This document shows, in pieces, positions 9,487-20,167 of a stretch of 64,000 nucleotides of DNA. The stretch is from positions 2,937 through 66,936 of the forward strand of contig LNJC01000003.1 in assembly GCA_001587575.1 (NCBI GenBank), given 5' to 3'. The notes under the pieces were generated by a model. That model was not told the origin of the DNA. It searched no databases and worked only from the letters and a program-made list of their open reading frames with translations. The translations under genes and the position numbers were made by a program. Source of the DNA: Candidatus Methanofastidiosum methylothiophilum (lineage in GTDB: Archaea > Methanobacteriota_B > Thermococci > Methanofastidiosales > Methanofastidiosaceae). Every line of letters begins with the position of its first letter. Position 1 is the stretch's first letter.

Positions 9487-10221
9487 TTAACTTTTTATAG
9501 CTTTTATGATATCAAAAAGCTTTTCTTTGTCTTTCTCGATTATTGTTCCTGTTACGAATATATCTGCTCCTGCCATTGCAAGTTTTTTAGCAGATTCAGG
9601 AGTTCTTATTCCCCCTCCCACAATTAAAGGTATATCAATAACTTTTTTTACAAGTCCAACCATTTCTGGAGTTACTGTTTCTGGTGAACCTGATCCAGCT
9701 TCAAGATATACGAGTCTCATTCCCAAATACTGTGCAGCTAAAGAATATGCTGCTGCAATTTGTGGTTTTTTTCTAGGTATAAGATCTGCTTCGCCCATCC
9801 ATCCAACTGTTTCACCTGGTTCAACTACTAAATAACCTGTGGGTATTGGTTCAATTTGTGTTTTTTTAACTAAGAAACTTCCGAGAGCCTGAGATTTTGT
9901 GATAAAATAGGGATTTCTTGAATTCATGTAAGACATGAATAAAATTGCGTCAGCCTTAGGAGATACTTGAGCTACGCCCCCAGGAAAGATGATAACCGGA
10001 AGTTTGGTATTAGATTTGATAGATTCTATTAAAATATCAAGATAATTTCCCAAAGTATGAGTAGAACCACCTATCAATATAGCATCGCTTCCAGCTTCTT
10101 CAGAAACTGAAGCGGCACTCTTTGCTTCTTCTATAGAAAAACTGTCTGGGTCAACTAAAGAAAAATGAAGTTTTTCCATCTGCAATTTATCCAAAAGATA
10201 TTTTTCGACTTTACCTGCCAT
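9487..10221 (-). CDS. geranylgeranylglyceryl phosphate synthase (GGGPS, PcrB family)
   Basis: The 244-aa protein has TIM-barrel GGGPS motifs (DAILIGGS, GYLVVEPG, VYLEAGSG, IVGGGIRTPE). It is the archaeal ether-lipid pathway enzyme. Confidence 0.8.
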   Translation of the reverse strand: MAGKVEKYLLDKLQMEKLHFSLVDPDSFSIEEAKSAASVSEEAGSDAILIGGSTHTLGNYLDILIESIKSNTKLPVIIFPGGVAQVSPKADAILFMSYMNSRNPYFITKSQALGSFLVKKTQIEPIPTGYLVVEPGETVGWMGEADLIPRKKPQIAAAYSLAAQYLGMRLVYLEAGSGSPETVTPEMVGLVKKVIDIPLIVGGGIRTPESAKKLAMAGADIFVTGTIIEKDKEKLFDIIKAIKS

Positions 10222-10233
10222 TTTAAGTACACC

Positions 10234-10464
10234 TTACATTCCAAGTTTTACTGAGTCTTCTTTCTTAGCTCTTACAATAACGATGTCTCCAATAGCAGAA
10301 ACATCCTTGAATGGAACTGCAATATTGTCTATGCCTTTTTCTTGTCCAACTGCTAGTCCAAATACAACTCCTTCTTTTACTTCAAGAATAATATCATTAA
10401 TTATACCTATGTACTCGCCTTTAGTATTATATAATTCGAGCCCATATAATTTAGAAATTCTCAT
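10234..10464 (-). CDS. PRC-barrel domain protein
   Basis: The 76-aa protein MRISKLYGLELYNTKGEYIGIINDIILEVKEGVVFGLAV... has a typical PRC-barrel G(E/D)(Y/K)(I/L)G.(I/V).D(I/V) pattern. Confidence 0.5.
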   Translation of the reverse strand: MRISKLYGLELYNTKGEYIGIINDIILEVKEGVVFGLAVGQEKGIDNIAVPFKDVSAIGDIVIVRAKKEDSVKLGM

Positions 10465-10588
10465 GAATATCCCTTTTATGGATTTTATTACTAGAGTTTA
10501 TATATTTTTCTAGATATTTAATGTTATTTATTCGGGATGTATAAAAGTATTACTAAAAAAAAGTATATAAAAAATATATAAAAGTATA

Positions 10589-11506
10589 TTACATTAATAG
10601 TGCCATTAGTGCTTTCTGTGCATGATTTCTGTTTTCAGCTTGGTCAAGTACTACAGAATGTGGCCCATCGACAACCTCATCAGTTATCTCTTCTCCCCTA
10701 TGTGCTGGTAAACAGTGCATAACTATACAATCATCTTGAGCCTGTGAAACTAATTTTTCATTGACCTGGTAAGGTTTGAATATTTTTACCCTGTCGTCAT
10801 GTTCTTTGTCTTTTCCCATGCTTGCCCATACGTCAGTATATATTACATCGGCACCCTTAACACCTTTTGGATCGTTTGTAATCTCTAATTTAAGTCCATC
10901 TTCCAATGCCAATTTTTCTATTTGTTTGTCAGGTTCATAGCCTTTTGGGCATACAACTGTCATTTCCATTCCTACCTTTGCGGATCCAAACATAAGAGAA
11001 TGACAAACATTGTTTCCATCCCCGACAAATGCCAATTTAAGTCCTTTGAATTCCTGTTTCTTTTCAAGAATTGTTTCTAAATCAGCTAAACACTGACAGG
11101 GATGCAAAAGATCTGAAAGTGCATTAATTACTGGAACTGTGGAATGTTTACATAATTCTAGAATGTTGTCATGTGAGAATACTCTGGCTACTATACCATC
11201 ACAGTAACGAGAAAGAACTGCACCGGTGTCACCTACTGTTTCGCCCCTGCCCAACTGCAGGTCGGTGGCGGATAAGTATAAGGCATGCCCACCTAACTGT
11301 TTCATTCCCACCTCAAACGACACTCTTGTCCTTGTAGATGGTTTTTGGAATATCATTGCTAAAGTTTTGCCATACAACAATTCATGCTTTTCCCCAGTTT
11401 TCTGTTTAATTTTTAACATTTCGGCAGTTTTCAAAATTTGCCATATTTCTTCTTTCGTAAGGTCATGTAAAGAAGCAAGATGCTTACCTTTCATATTAAC
11501 TACCAT
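10589..11506 (-). CDS. argF: ornithine carbamoyltransferase
   Basis: It has the STRTRVSFE carbamoyl-phosphate binding motif, DVWASMG, and HCLPAHRGEE. HCLP is diagnostic of OTC rather than ATCase. Length is 305 aa. Confidence 0.8.
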   Translation of the reverse strand: MVVNMKGKHLASLHDLTKEEIWQILKTAEMLKIKQKTGEKHELLYGKTLAMIFQKPSTRTRVSFEVGMKQLGGHALYLSATDLQLGRGETVGDTGAVLSRYCDGIVARVFSHDNILELCKHSTVPVINALSDLLHPCQCLADLETILEKKQEFKGLKLAFVGDGNNVCHSLMFGSAKVGMEMTVVCPKGYEPDKQIEKLALEDGLKLEITNDPKGVKGADVIYTDVWASMGKDKEHDDRVKIFKPYQVNEKLVSQAQDDCIVMHCLPAHRGEEITDEVVDGPHSVVLDQAENRNHAQKALMALLM

Positions 11507-11597
11507 TAATTATCACCGAATCAAGAAAATAAAAATGCCTTTTAAATCTGATGACCTTGGTGTAACAAATTTAATATTCAATGTTCTAAATTAAACA

Positions 11598-12062
11598 TTA
11601 TTCTAAAATTCTAAGATATGATCCTCTATCTATTACATTACTAAGCATTTTACCATCAAATTTTCCCAAGCCTATTACTTCATTTCTTGCATTAGACACC
11701 AATACATAACCTTTTTTTGGTGAATTTATAATATTTTTAATGAAAACGTCACGCCCATATAAAAACAAAGAAGTGCCTTTTTCATTCAATTTTGATTTTT
11801 TTGAATTATGGCCCATTATTAAATAACTTTCTAGGCCTAACAAGAAATTACCTTTTTGAAATTTTCCAATTTGCGTTCCACTTGAAATCAAATTTTCCTT
11901 TATGTTTTCTGTTTCTAGTTTCTCATAAAGAGATTTATTAACAATAAATAATTCATCAACAATTATCAATAGCACAGAATTATCGGGTAATTCAAAAATG
12001 CCTCCATAACTTTCTATTGTTTTTTTAATAATATCTAATTTTTTTCCATCTGCTATTTTCAT
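11598..12062 (-). CDS. conserved archaeal protein with C-terminal PUA-like domain (NIP7/UPF0113-like)
   Basis: The 154-aa protein has a C-terminal GYVLVSNARNEVIGLGKFDG resembling the PUA domain of archaeal Nip7 homologues. Assignment is tentative. Confidence 0.35.
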   Translation of the reverse strand: MKIADGKKLDIIKKTIESYGGIFELPDNSVLLIIVDELFIVNKSLYEKLETENIKENLISSGTQIGKFQKGNFLLGLESYLIMGHNSKKSKLNEKGTSLFLYGRDVFIKNIINSPKKGYVLVSNARNEVIGLGKFDGKMLSNVIDRGSYLRILE

Positions 12063-12069
12063 AGAATCC

Positions 12070-12525
12070 CTATAAGTTTAAAGTATACGCCATCTCAATT
12101 TTTATTTTTTGACATAATTCTAAGATTTTATCAATATCAAAAGGCTCTCCTTCGTTTCCTATTCCAGGGCAGGATAAGTCTACATATATGTAAATCTTTT
12201 CACCATTTTTAAGTACATGCGGACTATCTGAATCAGAGATAGGATTATAAAAAACTCCCAACGGAAAAAGTCTGCAAATCAATGGTTTGTATTCATGTAT
12301 GGTACAATTTTTATCATCCAAAAATACGCATCCGTTGTCCCAAATTCTTTTTTCAATTACAAATTTTTCCCTAGTAAGATCATACAAAGCAAACTCTTTG
12401 TCAGTATTTTTTTCTATTCTTTCAATATCAAATAAAGTAAGTGGAACTCCTCTTACCCTACAACATTCTCCACATTGTTTACATTTATATTTTTGACCAT
12501 TATATAATACTAATACCTCTTTCAT
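12070..12525 (-). CDS. CxxCxxCC (YkgJ/UPF0153-type) putative Fe-S/zinc-binding protein
   Basis: The CKQCGECC motif is followed by additional conserved Cys (NGCVFLDDKNCTIH, ICRLFPL). The track ORF begins 23 codons upstream (12594), but MKEVLVLYNG at 12525 is the more plausible start. Confidence 0.5.
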   Translation of the reverse strand: MKEVLVLYNGQKYKCKQCGECCRVRGVPLTLFDIERIEKNTDKEFALYDLTREKFVIEKRIWDNGCVFLDDKNCTIHEYKPLICRLFPLGVFYNPISDSDSPHVLKNGEKIYIYVDLSCPGIGNEGEPFDIDKILELCQKIKIEMAYTLNL

Positions 12526-12593
12526 TATAACCCCTTCAGTTCCTATGGAGACTATTAAAAATAATATATAGATATTAAATTTGAATATAGCCA

Positions 12594-13478
12594 TTAAGAA
12601 CTAATCAGTTTTAATACTGCCGCTCTTGTTTTTTCTCTGTCTGCTCCTGCAACAATAATCACGTCACGACCATATAATCCATTAGGGATATATTCAATAT
12701 CTCCTGGGGAGGTATACCAGTCAACTCTTGATTGTCCCCTCTGAACTAATCCTGCGACGAGTCTATTTGCAACAGGCCCCCCTACCAATATAAGATTATT
12801 GTTCCTAGCAACATTTTCCGTTAATGCTTGGTCTGTTGTTATTAGCTTTTGAGGTTCCCATATATTGACTTTAACTTGTTGAAATGATCCAGGTTGCTCT
12901 TTTCTAAATATAGTATTAAATCTTACATTCCCTCCAGGATTGTACAATCCCGGTAAGTTACCATTATTATCCAAGAGTTCGATAGAGAAATCTGGAGTAA
13001 TTGTAACATTTCTATTAAGTTCAGGATTTAAGATATTTATTGGATTTTGACTTTGGGCTATGTATATCTTTAGATTATTTGTATCGGTAGTAATGAATCT
13101 TAGATTTGTTACTAGAATAGATTGACCATACGTAAATGTACCAGTATTCCCTGCGTTGTCAGACCAAGTTAAATTAATAGTAGAGGGATCTAAAGCAATT
13201 AATTGATCATTTGAAGCCTCCATTATTCTAGATCCAGTTATTGTAACGAAAACGAATCTTTCGAAATAAGCTTCACTCTGAATTTTTGTTATTATTAAAT
13301 TTCCAGATATAAAATCCATTGATGCTGCATTTCTTCCTACAACTATTAGTGATTGGGGTTGGCCATTAGTAGTATTAACAAAAAAAGACCTTGGTACATT
13401 AACAGATAGTACGGGATATATAAAAAAGAACTGGAATACCAATATAGAAATTATTATTACACTCAATTTACGTTTCAT
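12594..13478 (-). CDS. secreted protein with N-terminal signal peptide; C-terminal region resembles a CWB2-type cell-wall-binding repeat
   Basis: The N-terminus MKRKLSVIIISILVFQFFFIYPVLS is followed by a cleavage-site-like region. The C-terminus LILVGGPVANRL...GRDVIIVAGADREKTRAAV follows the pattern ilGG..A....G.dR..Ta seen in CWB2-like domains. Assignment is tentative. Confidence 0.45.
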   Translation of the reverse strand: MKRKLSVIIISILVFQFFFIYPVLSVNVPRSFFVNTTNGQPQSLIVVGRNAASMDFISGNLIITKIQSEAYFERFVFVTITGSRIMEASNDQLIALDPSTINLTWSDNAGNTGTFTYGQSILVTNLRFITTDTNNLKIYIAQSQNPINILNPELNRNVTITPDFSIELLDNNGNLPGLYNPGGNVRFNTIFRKEQPGSFQQVKVNIWEPQKLITTDQALTENVARNNNLILVGGPVANRLVAGLVQRGQSRVDWYTSPGDIEYIPNGLYGRDVIIVAGADREKTRAAVLKLISS

Positions 13479-13540
13479 ATATCTAATTTAATTAAGTAAT
13501 TTTTATATCTTGCTATTACTTAATATTAAAATAAAGGAAG

Positions 13541-15001
13541 CTAGTAGTAATTTTTTAATTCTTCATATGCCTCATTTATTTCTTTTAGAATGTTTTCTTT
13601 TATTTTCTTTTCTTGTTCATCCTGAGTTTTATCGGGGTGATAATACTTTGAAAGTTCTTTCCATCTACGTTTTATTTCCTCGGCGGTAGCATCCATATCT
13701 AATCTTAAAACTTTTAAATAAGAAATCAAAGATACGGAATCTTCATCAGGAAAATAAGGTATCTCCAAAGGATACTTCATACTCGATTCATAAAACTCAT
13801 TACCCTTATAATTGCAAAATGCTTTAATTTCAAATAAGCCTTCGTTTTTAGGCCTAACTTGGATTTTATATGGACGATACTCCATGGGTTTGAGAAATTC
13901 TATTTTATCTTCAATCCTTGGAATGTTCAAATCTTTGTTCTTTTCTATTAGGACAGATATATCAAAAGCATCCATGTCCCCATTATTGATTAAATATACT
14001 TGGACATCTGATTCTTTTTTTCTCTCCAAAGAATCTAAGATATAAAAAATATATCTAATACTCGGCCTTCCAATGTCTTCTTCTATTTTAATCTTTAATG
14101 TTTCGATACTCTCTCTTAGATTATTAGTTCGAACAAGTAGTTCTTTAATATATACATTAGAGGACGATATTGACCTTTTTCCATAATTTTCTAAGAAGTT
14201 AGAATAATCTTCATCAATTAATAATATATCATGAAAAAGGCCTTCAAAAATATCCTTATAAAAATTATAATTTTTTCCGCAGTCTTTTTTTTCCGTTAAA
14301 CTTTGGCCTATTTTTTCATAGTTAGATAAACATTCCGCCAAAAGGTCTTTTAGATTTTTAATTTTCTCTTCAACTTTTCTTCTTTCGGAGTAAAGATGTC
14401 TTACATTTTCTAAGTATCTTAATGATTCTCCGTCCATATCTAACATTTTATAAGCATATGCGATATTTTCAAGAGAAGGGATACTCTCGGAGTTCTCGTT
14501 GAGACATATTTGTAATAAATTTATTGAATTTTCAATTTGTTTTTTTGCATTTTCTAACATAAGATGGGCTCTTGTGTATGTGTAGTCAAATTCTCCCCAT
14601 TCTTTTAATATTTGAATAGCCTCGTCTAATCTATCCATTTTCTGAAGTGCAATAGCAAGATTAATGATTGCGTTTTTGTTATTTTTTTCTTCTTCTAATA
14701 CTTTTTTAAAACAGTATACAGCTTCAGAATACTTACCTAATTTTGAAAGTGAAATTCCTTTATTATATATGGTCTTTGTATCTTCTTGTTTTTGTAGTGC
14801 CATGTCATAAAACTTCAAAGCTTCTTCCGGTTTTCCTAGTTTGTCGAAGGATATCCCGATATTGGTTATAACATCTATATCTTTTGGATCTATAGACCTT
14901 GCTTTTTCAAAACATTCTAGTGCATCTTTATGTTTGCCCATTCTGTCAAGAAGTATTCCTTTTGAATTCCAATAAGATGAAGATTCAAGTAGATTTGACA
15001 C
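13541..15001 (-). CDS. TPR-repeat protein with C-terminal J domain (DnaJ-like co-chaperone domain)
   Basis: The N-terminal half has several 34-aa TPR-like repeats (ALECFEKARSIDPKD, EEALKFYDMALQ, AVYCFKKVLEEE). The C-terminus is LDMDATAEEIKRRWKELSKYYHPDKTQDE, with the invariant HPD tripeptide of J domains. Confidence 0.65.
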   Translation of the reverse strand: MSNLLESSSYWNSKGILLDRMGKHKDALECFEKARSIDPKDIDVITNIGISFDKLGKPEEALKFYDMALQKQEDTKTIYNKGISLSKLGKYSEAVYCFKKVLEEEKNNKNAIINLAIALQKMDRLDEAIQILKEWGEFDYTYTRAHLMLENAKKQIENSINLLQICLNENSESIPSLENIAYAYKMLDMDGESLRYLENVRHLYSERRKVEEKIKNLKDLLAECLSNYEKIGQSLTEKKDCGKNYNFYKDIFEGLFHDILLIDEDYSNFLENYGKRSISSSNVYIKELLVRTNNLRESIETLKIKIEEDIGRPSIRYIFYILDSLERKKESDVQVYLINNGDMDAFDISVLIEKNKDLNIPRIEDKIEFLKPMEYRPYKIQVRPKNEGLFEIKAFCNYKGNEFYESSMKYPLEIPYFPDEDSVSLISYLKVLRLDMDATAEEIKRRWKELSKYYHPDKTQDEQEKKIKENILKEINEAYEELKNYY

Positions 15002-15051
15002 ATGTTTAGGGAAAAATATACATTTAAAAGAGTTTTTATGTATTATTTATT

Positions 15052-15681
15052 ATGTATCAGCAAAAAGACGGTTACCATAAAATGGCCAAGAAAGAAGGAT
15101 ATAAATCTAGGGCCTCTTTTAAATTAATCCAACTAAACAAAAAATTCAATATTATCAAGAAAGGTTATAGTGTTCTCGATTTAGGGGCTGCTCCGGGTGG
15201 TTGGATGCAAATAGCATCAACTTTAGTTGGTGATAGTGGAGTGGTAGTAGGTATTGATTTAAAAATGGTAAAAGATAAATTTCCAAATTCATATTTTATT
15301 CAAGGAGATATTTTTGAAGAGGAAACTATTCAGAAAGTTAAAGAGATCAAAGAAGAATTTAATACGATAATTTCAGACCTTGCACCCAATACTTCTGGGA
15401 TTAGATCACTTGATCATCAAAAGTCAATTGATCTTTGTTACAGGGCTTTAGAATTATCTTTAAATTTATTACAGTTCAAAGGTAATCTTTTGATAAAAAT
15501 ATTTCAGGGAGAAGATACAAAAGAATTGGTAGATGATTTAAAAGTGGAATTCCATTATGTTAAAATATCAAAACCTGAGTCGTCTAGATCCGCAAGCAGA
15601 GAGACATATGTTGTATGTAAAGGTTTTAAAAAGAGAAAATTAAAAATAGAAGATAAAGAATTAACCGAAGAGAGCGCCTAA
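15052..15681 (+). CDS. rlmE: 23S rRNA (uridine-2'-O)-methyltransferase RlmE/FtsJ
   Basis: The SAM-binding motif [11 protein letters not shown], the catalytic K...D...K...E pattern ([15 protein letters not shown]) and a length of about 200 aa all match FtsJ/RlmE. The true start may be the internal MAKKEGY. Confidence 0.8.
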   Translation: MYQQKDGYHKMAKKEGYKSRASFKLIQLNKKFNIIKKGYSVLDLGAAPGGWMQIASTLVGDSGVVVGIDLKMVKDKFPNSYFIQGDIFEEETIQKVKEIKEEFNTIISDLAPNTSGIRSLDHQKSIDLCYRALELSLNLLQFKGNLLIKIFQGEDTKELVDDLKVEFHYVKISKPESSRSASRETYVVCKGFKKRKLKIEDKELTEESA

Positions 15682-15975
15682 ACCTTCAAGTGCTGATTCA
15701 TCTGTTTCTTCTTTCTTTTCTTCCTTCTTTGATTCTCCAGAAGCTTTGTGGTCTGAAGCGCTTGCTGCTGGTGCAGCTGCAGGTGCCTGGGCAACTGGCA
15801 TTGAAGCAGAACTTATAGCTTCTTCTATATCTACACCTTCCAATGAAGATACAAGAGCTTTAATTCTAGCCTCATCGACTGTTACTCCGGCAGCTTTTAA
15901 AACATTTTTTAAATTTGCTTCATTTATTTCCTTCTTAGCCTCGTGAAGGATCATCGCAGCATATACATATTCCAT
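15661..15975 (-). CDS. rpl12: 50S ribosomal stalk protein P1 (L12)
   Basis: The sequence [19 protein letters not shown]..., an Ala/Pro-rich hinge, an acidic tail and the terminal EGLGALFG are all canonical. The track ORF starts 2 codons earlier. Confidence 0.85.
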   Translation of the reverse strand: MEYVYAAMILHEAKKEINEANLKNVLKAAGVTVDEARIKALVSSLEGVDIEEAISSASMPVAQAPAAAPAASASDHKASGESKKEEKKEETDESALEGLGALFG

Positions 15976-15992
15976 AATCACACCTCCATTAA

Positions 15993-17003
15993 TTAACCAA
16001 ATAGGGCCCCTAGACCTTCTAATCCGGCGTCCCCATCTTTATCTTTATTATCTTTAGATTCTTCAACTTTTTTTTCAGCTACCTTTTTTTCAGCAGGTGC
16101 TACTGATTGAACTACGTTCAACTTACTTTTAAGTTCATCATCCAATGCAGCGCTATTTAACAATCTAGATAGACTAAGAGCTTGAGAAACACTCTTTGAC
16201 ATTATTTGTCCAATTGTTTCTGGAGAAACTATGTTTGCACCAATCGCCAAGGATTTTGATTTAATTGTGGCTTGCTGTATAAATAGTTTAACGCTTTGTT
16301 TAGTAAATATTTTTCTTTCAAATGATAGTGTCAAAGCATTAGTGAATGCCTTTATTATGTTGCTTGTAGTTTCAACATCGTCTATTCTTAGAACATCTTT
16401 CTTAAATATTAATCCTTCTTCATAAGCAGCTTCTAAATCCGCACCTACTTCCATTGGTTCAATCTTGAGTTGGGAAAGAATTTCGCTAACTTTCTTAGAT
16501 ATTGTTTCCCCTTGTTTAACAAAAACTGTTTCTCTTTCGATTGAGATTGAACCCTTATCGATTTTAGCAGGAACTCCTAGAGTTTGAAGTTCACTTACAA
16601 GTGGACCTGGTGGCAACCCGGTACTTCCTTGTGGAATTACTATATCTGTTTTTGCAATATCGCCTGGTTTTGCAGGTGCAGGAGCTTTTGATTTTTGTAA
16701 AAGCTTATAAATTCTAAAAGGATTTTCTTTTGAAAAAATGAAAGCTGCCCCAGCACTAATGTGATCTTTAAGTGACTCCTTTTCAGTTTCTTCTAGAGCT
16801 ATCTTCATTAAATTATTTTTAGACATTCTAAAAGTAACTTTGCCTCTCAAGTCTTCCCTTATGTTTTGTAGCTGTTTTGCAGGAATATTTTGAAGATCAA
16901 CTACCCCCACAACAGGAGAAGAATTTATCATGCTCCTAAGGGATTTTACCTCTTCTGATTTCCATTCAGCTACTTCCCCTTTTACTGCTACTCTTCCCTT
17001 CAT
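15993..17003 (-). CDS. rpl10: 50S ribosomal protein P0 (L10)
   Basis: The 336-aa protein has the L10 N-domain, and its C-terminal acidic tail ends in [10 protein letters not shown], shared with P1. Confidence 0.85.
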   Translation of the reverse strand: MKGRVAVKGEVAEWKSEEVKSLRSMINSSPVVGVVDLQNIPAKQLQNIREDLRGKVTFRMSKNNLMKIALEETEKESLKDHISAGAAFIFSKENPFRIYKLLQKSKAPAPAKPGDIAKTDIVIPQGSTGLPPGPLVSELQTLGVPAKIDKGSISIERETVFVKQGETISKKVSEILSQLKIEPMEVGADLEAAYEEGLIFKKDVLRIDDVETTSNIIKAFTNALTLSFERKIFTKQSVKLFIQQATIKSKSLAIGANIVSPETIGQIMSKSVSQALSLSRLLNSAALDDELKSKLNVVQSVAPAEKKVAEKKVEESKDNKDKDGDAGLEGLGALFG

Positions 17004-17644
17004 TTAAAATCCTCCAGTTTTACTGCGGGCCCCATAGAAGTTTTGATATAAATTGACTTTATATTGTCAAATCCTTTTTCAAACTTCTTTTCAAAAAACT
17101 TAATAATTTCTGAAATGTTCTCGGCTAAAAGTTCGTCTTCCATTTTTTCAGAGCCAACTAACATATGGATTACCGGATGGTTTGTGCTTTTTATTTTAAC
17201 TGTTTTTTTCAATTTATTTAATATAGGTTCGAGCGAAGCAGTTGGAGGCAAAGGTGAGGGCGTTTTTCCTCTCGGCGCAAATATTGGACCTAAAGATTTT
17301 CCAACTAAGGTCATGAAATCAGTTTGCGCTATGAAAAAATCGTGTGTATTTGCAATTTTTTTTGCAAGTTTTTTGTCCTTTGCGAATTTTTCTATGTCCT
17401 CTTGATCAAATACTGACAAATTTTCCTTCTTGGCCCTTAATGCCAAGTCGCCTGAAGCAAAGACTCCTATTTTAACATCTTTGCCCCTACCATTAGGTAA
17501 AACAAAGTCCTCTTTGATACGATTTTGAGTTTTTTTCATATCTAGTCCTTGAAGATTTATGCTCATCTCCATGGACTGTGTGAAGTTTCTCGGCTTTGAA
17601 GTTTCCTTGGCCTTCTTCACTGCTCGTAATACGGCATCTTTCAA
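17000..17644 (-). CDS. rpl1: 50S ribosomal protein L1
   Basis: The 214-aa protein begins MKDAVLRAVKKAKETSKPRNFTQSMEMSINL..., typical of L1. A 4-nt ATGA overlap with rpl10 follows the conserved L11-L1-L10-L12 order. Confidence 0.85.
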   Translation of the reverse strand: MKDAVLRAVKKAKETSKPRNFTQSMEMSINLQGLDMKKTQNRIKEDFVLPNGRGKDVKIGVFASGDLALRAKKENLSVFDQEDIEKFAKDKKLAKKIANTHDFFIAQTDFMTLVGKSLGPIFAPRGKTPSPLPPTASLEPILNKLKKTVKIKSTNHPVIHMLVGSEKMEDELLAENISEIIKFFEKKFEKGFDNIKSIYIKTSMGPAVKLEDFK

Positions 17645-17656
17645 AACGATTCCTCC

Positions 17657-18136
17657 TTATTTAATTAAATTATCATACTTTCCTTCGCTTATCTCATTTT
17701 GTACTACCCTTGGATCTTTTCCTTCACAGGTTACGCCCATCGAAACACATGTTCCCAATATTTCTTTGACTACGCCTGCAATAGTAGGAGATAATGATGA
17801 AGGTTCTTTCATTTTAGCTATTTTAACAAGTGCTTCTATACTTATATCCCCGACTTTACTTGAAGATGGCGTAGAAGACCCTTTTTCTAATTTAAGATCT
17901 TTAAGAATTAATGCGGATGCGGGAGGAACTCCAACTTCAACTCTAAAGTTCTTTTTGTCGTCAACAAATATTTTGACAGGAACTTTCATGCCCTGAAAAT
18001 CTTTCGTTTTTTCATTTATTTCTGCGACAACCTTTCCCACATTAATACCAAGTGGTCCTAAAGCAGGCCCTAAAGGCGGACCAGCAGTAGCTTTTCCTCC
18101 ATCGACAAGTGAGGTAACAGATCTCTCTTTTCCCAT
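17657..18136 (-). CDS. rpl11: 50S ribosomal protein L11
   Basis: The protein has [21 protein letters not shown], the L11 signature. Confidence 0.85.
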   Translation of the reverse strand: MGKERSVTSLVDGGKATAGPPLGPALGPLGINVGKVVAEINEKTKDFQGMKVPVKIFVDDKKNFRVEVGVPPASALILKDLKLEKGSSTPSSSKVGDISIEALVKIAKMKEPSSLSPTIAGVVKEILGTCVSMGVTCEGKDPRVVQNEISEGKYDNLIK

Positions 18137-18146
18137 TATATCACCA

Positions 18147-18647
18147 CTAGCTCTTTTTCTCTATGATTCTAACATAATCTCCTTTGACAGTAACTGGTAT
18201 AGGTACCATTGCTTCAAGAAGTTCTACTGTAAGTTCTTCTTTTCCTTTGTCCACTCTTATAATCTTAGCTTTCTCACCTTTAAATGGTCCAGCTATTAAC
18301 TCTACAATGTCACCTTTTGCAAGGCCAGACACCGATGGCTTTGCCTCTAAGAAATGACTAATTTCATCAAAGGCGATTTTACCTTCAAGAATTCCCCTTA
18401 CATTTCGAAGTCCTTGAATGGCTTCTTCTACAGCCCCTTTATCACTCGCCTCAATGAAAACATACCCTTTTAAGGTTTCTGGTGCTAAGACTGCATAAAC
18501 TTTAAGGTTGTTAGTTTTTACTTTTCCCTCAATCATCTTTGCTACATTCTTTTCCTGATTAACAGCTACCTTTAATGCAAAGATTGGATTATCGTCATCA
18601 TCCATTACATTCTCTCCCACAATAACAACAAAATCAAAGCTACTCAA
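18147..18647 (-). CDS. spt5: transcription elongation factor Spt5 (NusG homologue)
   Basis: It has an NGN domain ([18 protein letters not shown]) and a C-terminal KOW motif ([18 protein letters not shown]). It sits in the conserved secE-nusG-L11 position. The true start may be the internal M15. Confidence 0.8.
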   Translation of the reverse strand: MSSFDFVVIVGENVMDDDDNPIFALKVAVNQEKNVAKMIEGKVKTNNLKVYAVLAPETLKGYVFIEASDKGAVEEAIQGLRNVRGILEGKIAFDEISHFLEAKPSVSGLAKGDIVELIAGPFKGEKAKIIRVDKGKEELTVELLEAMVPIPVTVKGDYVRIIEKKS

Positions 18648-18680
18648 AGATTTAAAAAGTTTAGCCTTTGTAAAAGGAAT

Positions 18681-18884
18681 TTATGCTCCAAAGTTTTGGA
18701 TTATTACTGAAACATATTTTAATATGTACCCAATCGTTCCAATCAAAACTATTCCTATAGCTGTAACTTTAGAAGTAAGAGAATATTCCTTTCTTCCAGG
18801 CTTTTTAGCAAGCTTAAGTACTCTTGTGTACTCTGAAATCAAGCTTCTTGCCCTTTCCTTTTTCTTTAAATTAGCCTCTGCCAT
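18681..18884 (-). CDS. secE: preprotein translocase subunit SecE (Sec61 gamma)
   Basis: The 67-aa protein has a basic amphipathic N-terminus and a single C-terminal TM helix (VTAIGIVLIGTIGYILKYV). It is in the conserved position between ftsZ and spt5. Confidence 0.7.
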   Translation of the reverse strand: MAEANLKKKERARSLISEYTRVLKLAKKPGRKEYSLTSKVTAIGIVLIGTIGYILKYVSVIIQNFGA

Positions 18885-18908
18885 GAGGCTAATTATTTAG
18901 AATCCTTT

Positions 18909-20030
18909 TTAAATGTATTCTATTCCAAGATCGATACCCCTAACGGGCGTTTCGCTTTCAATCAGCATTTCAGTTTCTTTTCTACCGAATATGTAAGGCG
19001 ATTTGACTCCTGAAAGGACAACCATGACTCTAAGCCCATTTTTAATATCTTCGTTTATCATTGCACCCCATATAATCTGGGCATCGGGTTCAAGTTCATT
19101 TGTTACATGTTCAACAATCTTTTCGGCTTCTTCAAGTTTCATGTTTGAGCTGCCAGTAATATTGATTAAAGCTCCTTTAGCACCTGTTACATCTACATCT
19201 ATTAGAGGGCTACTCAAAGCTTCAGTTATAGCTTCTTTAGCTCTGTTTTCGGTGTCGGATTCACCCATTCCAATCATTGCAACGTCTCCTTCTCTCATTA
19301 CAGATCTAACATCTGCAAAGTCAACGTTTACTAGCCCTGGTTTTGTAATCAATTCGGCAATTCCCCCTACAGCCCTTATTAAAATATCATCAGAAACTTT
19401 AAAGGCTGCATTTATAGGTAATCCTGGGGCAATATCTAGTAATTTATCATTTGGTATTACAATAACGGTATCGGTAACTTTTCTTAATCTTTCAAGTCCT
19501 TTTTCTGCATTCCTTTGCCTTCTAAGACCTTCTACAGTAAAAGGCAAGGTTACAACAGCCACAGTAAGTGCTCCGAGTTTCTTAGAAATTTCTGCTATTA
19601 CTGGTGCAGAACCTGTTCCTGTGCCTCCACCTAGGCCACATGTAACAAAAACCATGTCGCTGCCTTCAAGTACATCTCTTATTGTTCTCTCGTCTTCTCT
19701 TGCGGATTCCTCCCCCACCTTGGGGTCATTTCCAGCGCCTAATCCCCTAGTTACTTCTTTTCCAATTAAAATCTTTTTATCAGCTCTTGTATCTAATAAA
19801 TCCTGAGCATCAGTATTAACTGCTACTGCCTCAACACCAATTACTCCAATTTCCATTAATCGGTCGATTGCGTTGGAGCCTGCTCCTCCAGTACCAATTA
19901 CTTTGATTTTGGCCCTTGATTCTCTGAGAACTCTTTCTAGTTCTTCATCTACAGAAGTATAGCGATGATCTTTAACTATTTCTTTTTCTGTTACCGCCCT
20001 CTCAATGGCATCTTCAATAACAGATCTCAT
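18909..20030 (-). CDS. ftsZ: cell division GTPase FtsZ
   Basis: The tubulin signature [29 protein letters not shown] and a T7 loop are present. Length is 373 aa. Confidence 0.9.
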   Translation of the reverse strand: MRSVIEDAIERAVTEKEIVKDHRYTSVDEELERVLRESRAKIKVIGTGGAGSNAIDRLMEIGVIGVEAVAVNTDAQDLLDTRADKKILIGKEVTRGLGAGNDPKVGEESAREDERTIRDVLEGSDMVFVTCGLGGGTGTGSAPVIAEISKKLGALTVAVVTLPFTVEGLRRQRNAEKGLERLRKVTDTVIVIPNDKLLDIAPGLPINAAFKVSDDILIRAVGGIAELITKPGLVNVDFADVRSVMREGDVAMIGMGESDTENRAKEAITEALSSPLIDVDVTGAKGALINITGSSNMKLEEAEKIVEHVTNELEPDAQIIWGAMINEDIKNGLRVMVVLSGVKSPYIFGRKETEMLIESETPVRGIDLGIEYI

Positions 20031-20167
20031 TTAAATCCCCCTTATTATTAATGTAGTTACTTATTATTGGTAACATAAAACTCCTATTTGTAATCTATAT
20101 AGGTTAATAGTATATAAAGCTTTTGCTTAATAATGCTAATTATAATGCTAGTCTTTAGTGGTAATCC

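Noticed and set aside
9169-9627. Two overlapping ORFs (75 aa minus strand, 81 aa plus strand) in the ORF track
   Set aside because: They lie entirely within the GC-rich, highly structured region interpreted as RNase P RNA. Their composition is atypical for coding sequence in this genome.
17064-17996. Plus-strand ORFs of 113 aa and 145 aa inside the ribosomal protein cluster
   Set aside because: They are antisense to rpl1/rpl11, which have clear ribosomal protein identities.
19003-19806. 267-aa plus-strand ORF
   Set aside because: It is antisense to ftsZ, has a low-complexity S/P/T-rich translation, and is a typical shadow ORF of a highly expressed gene.
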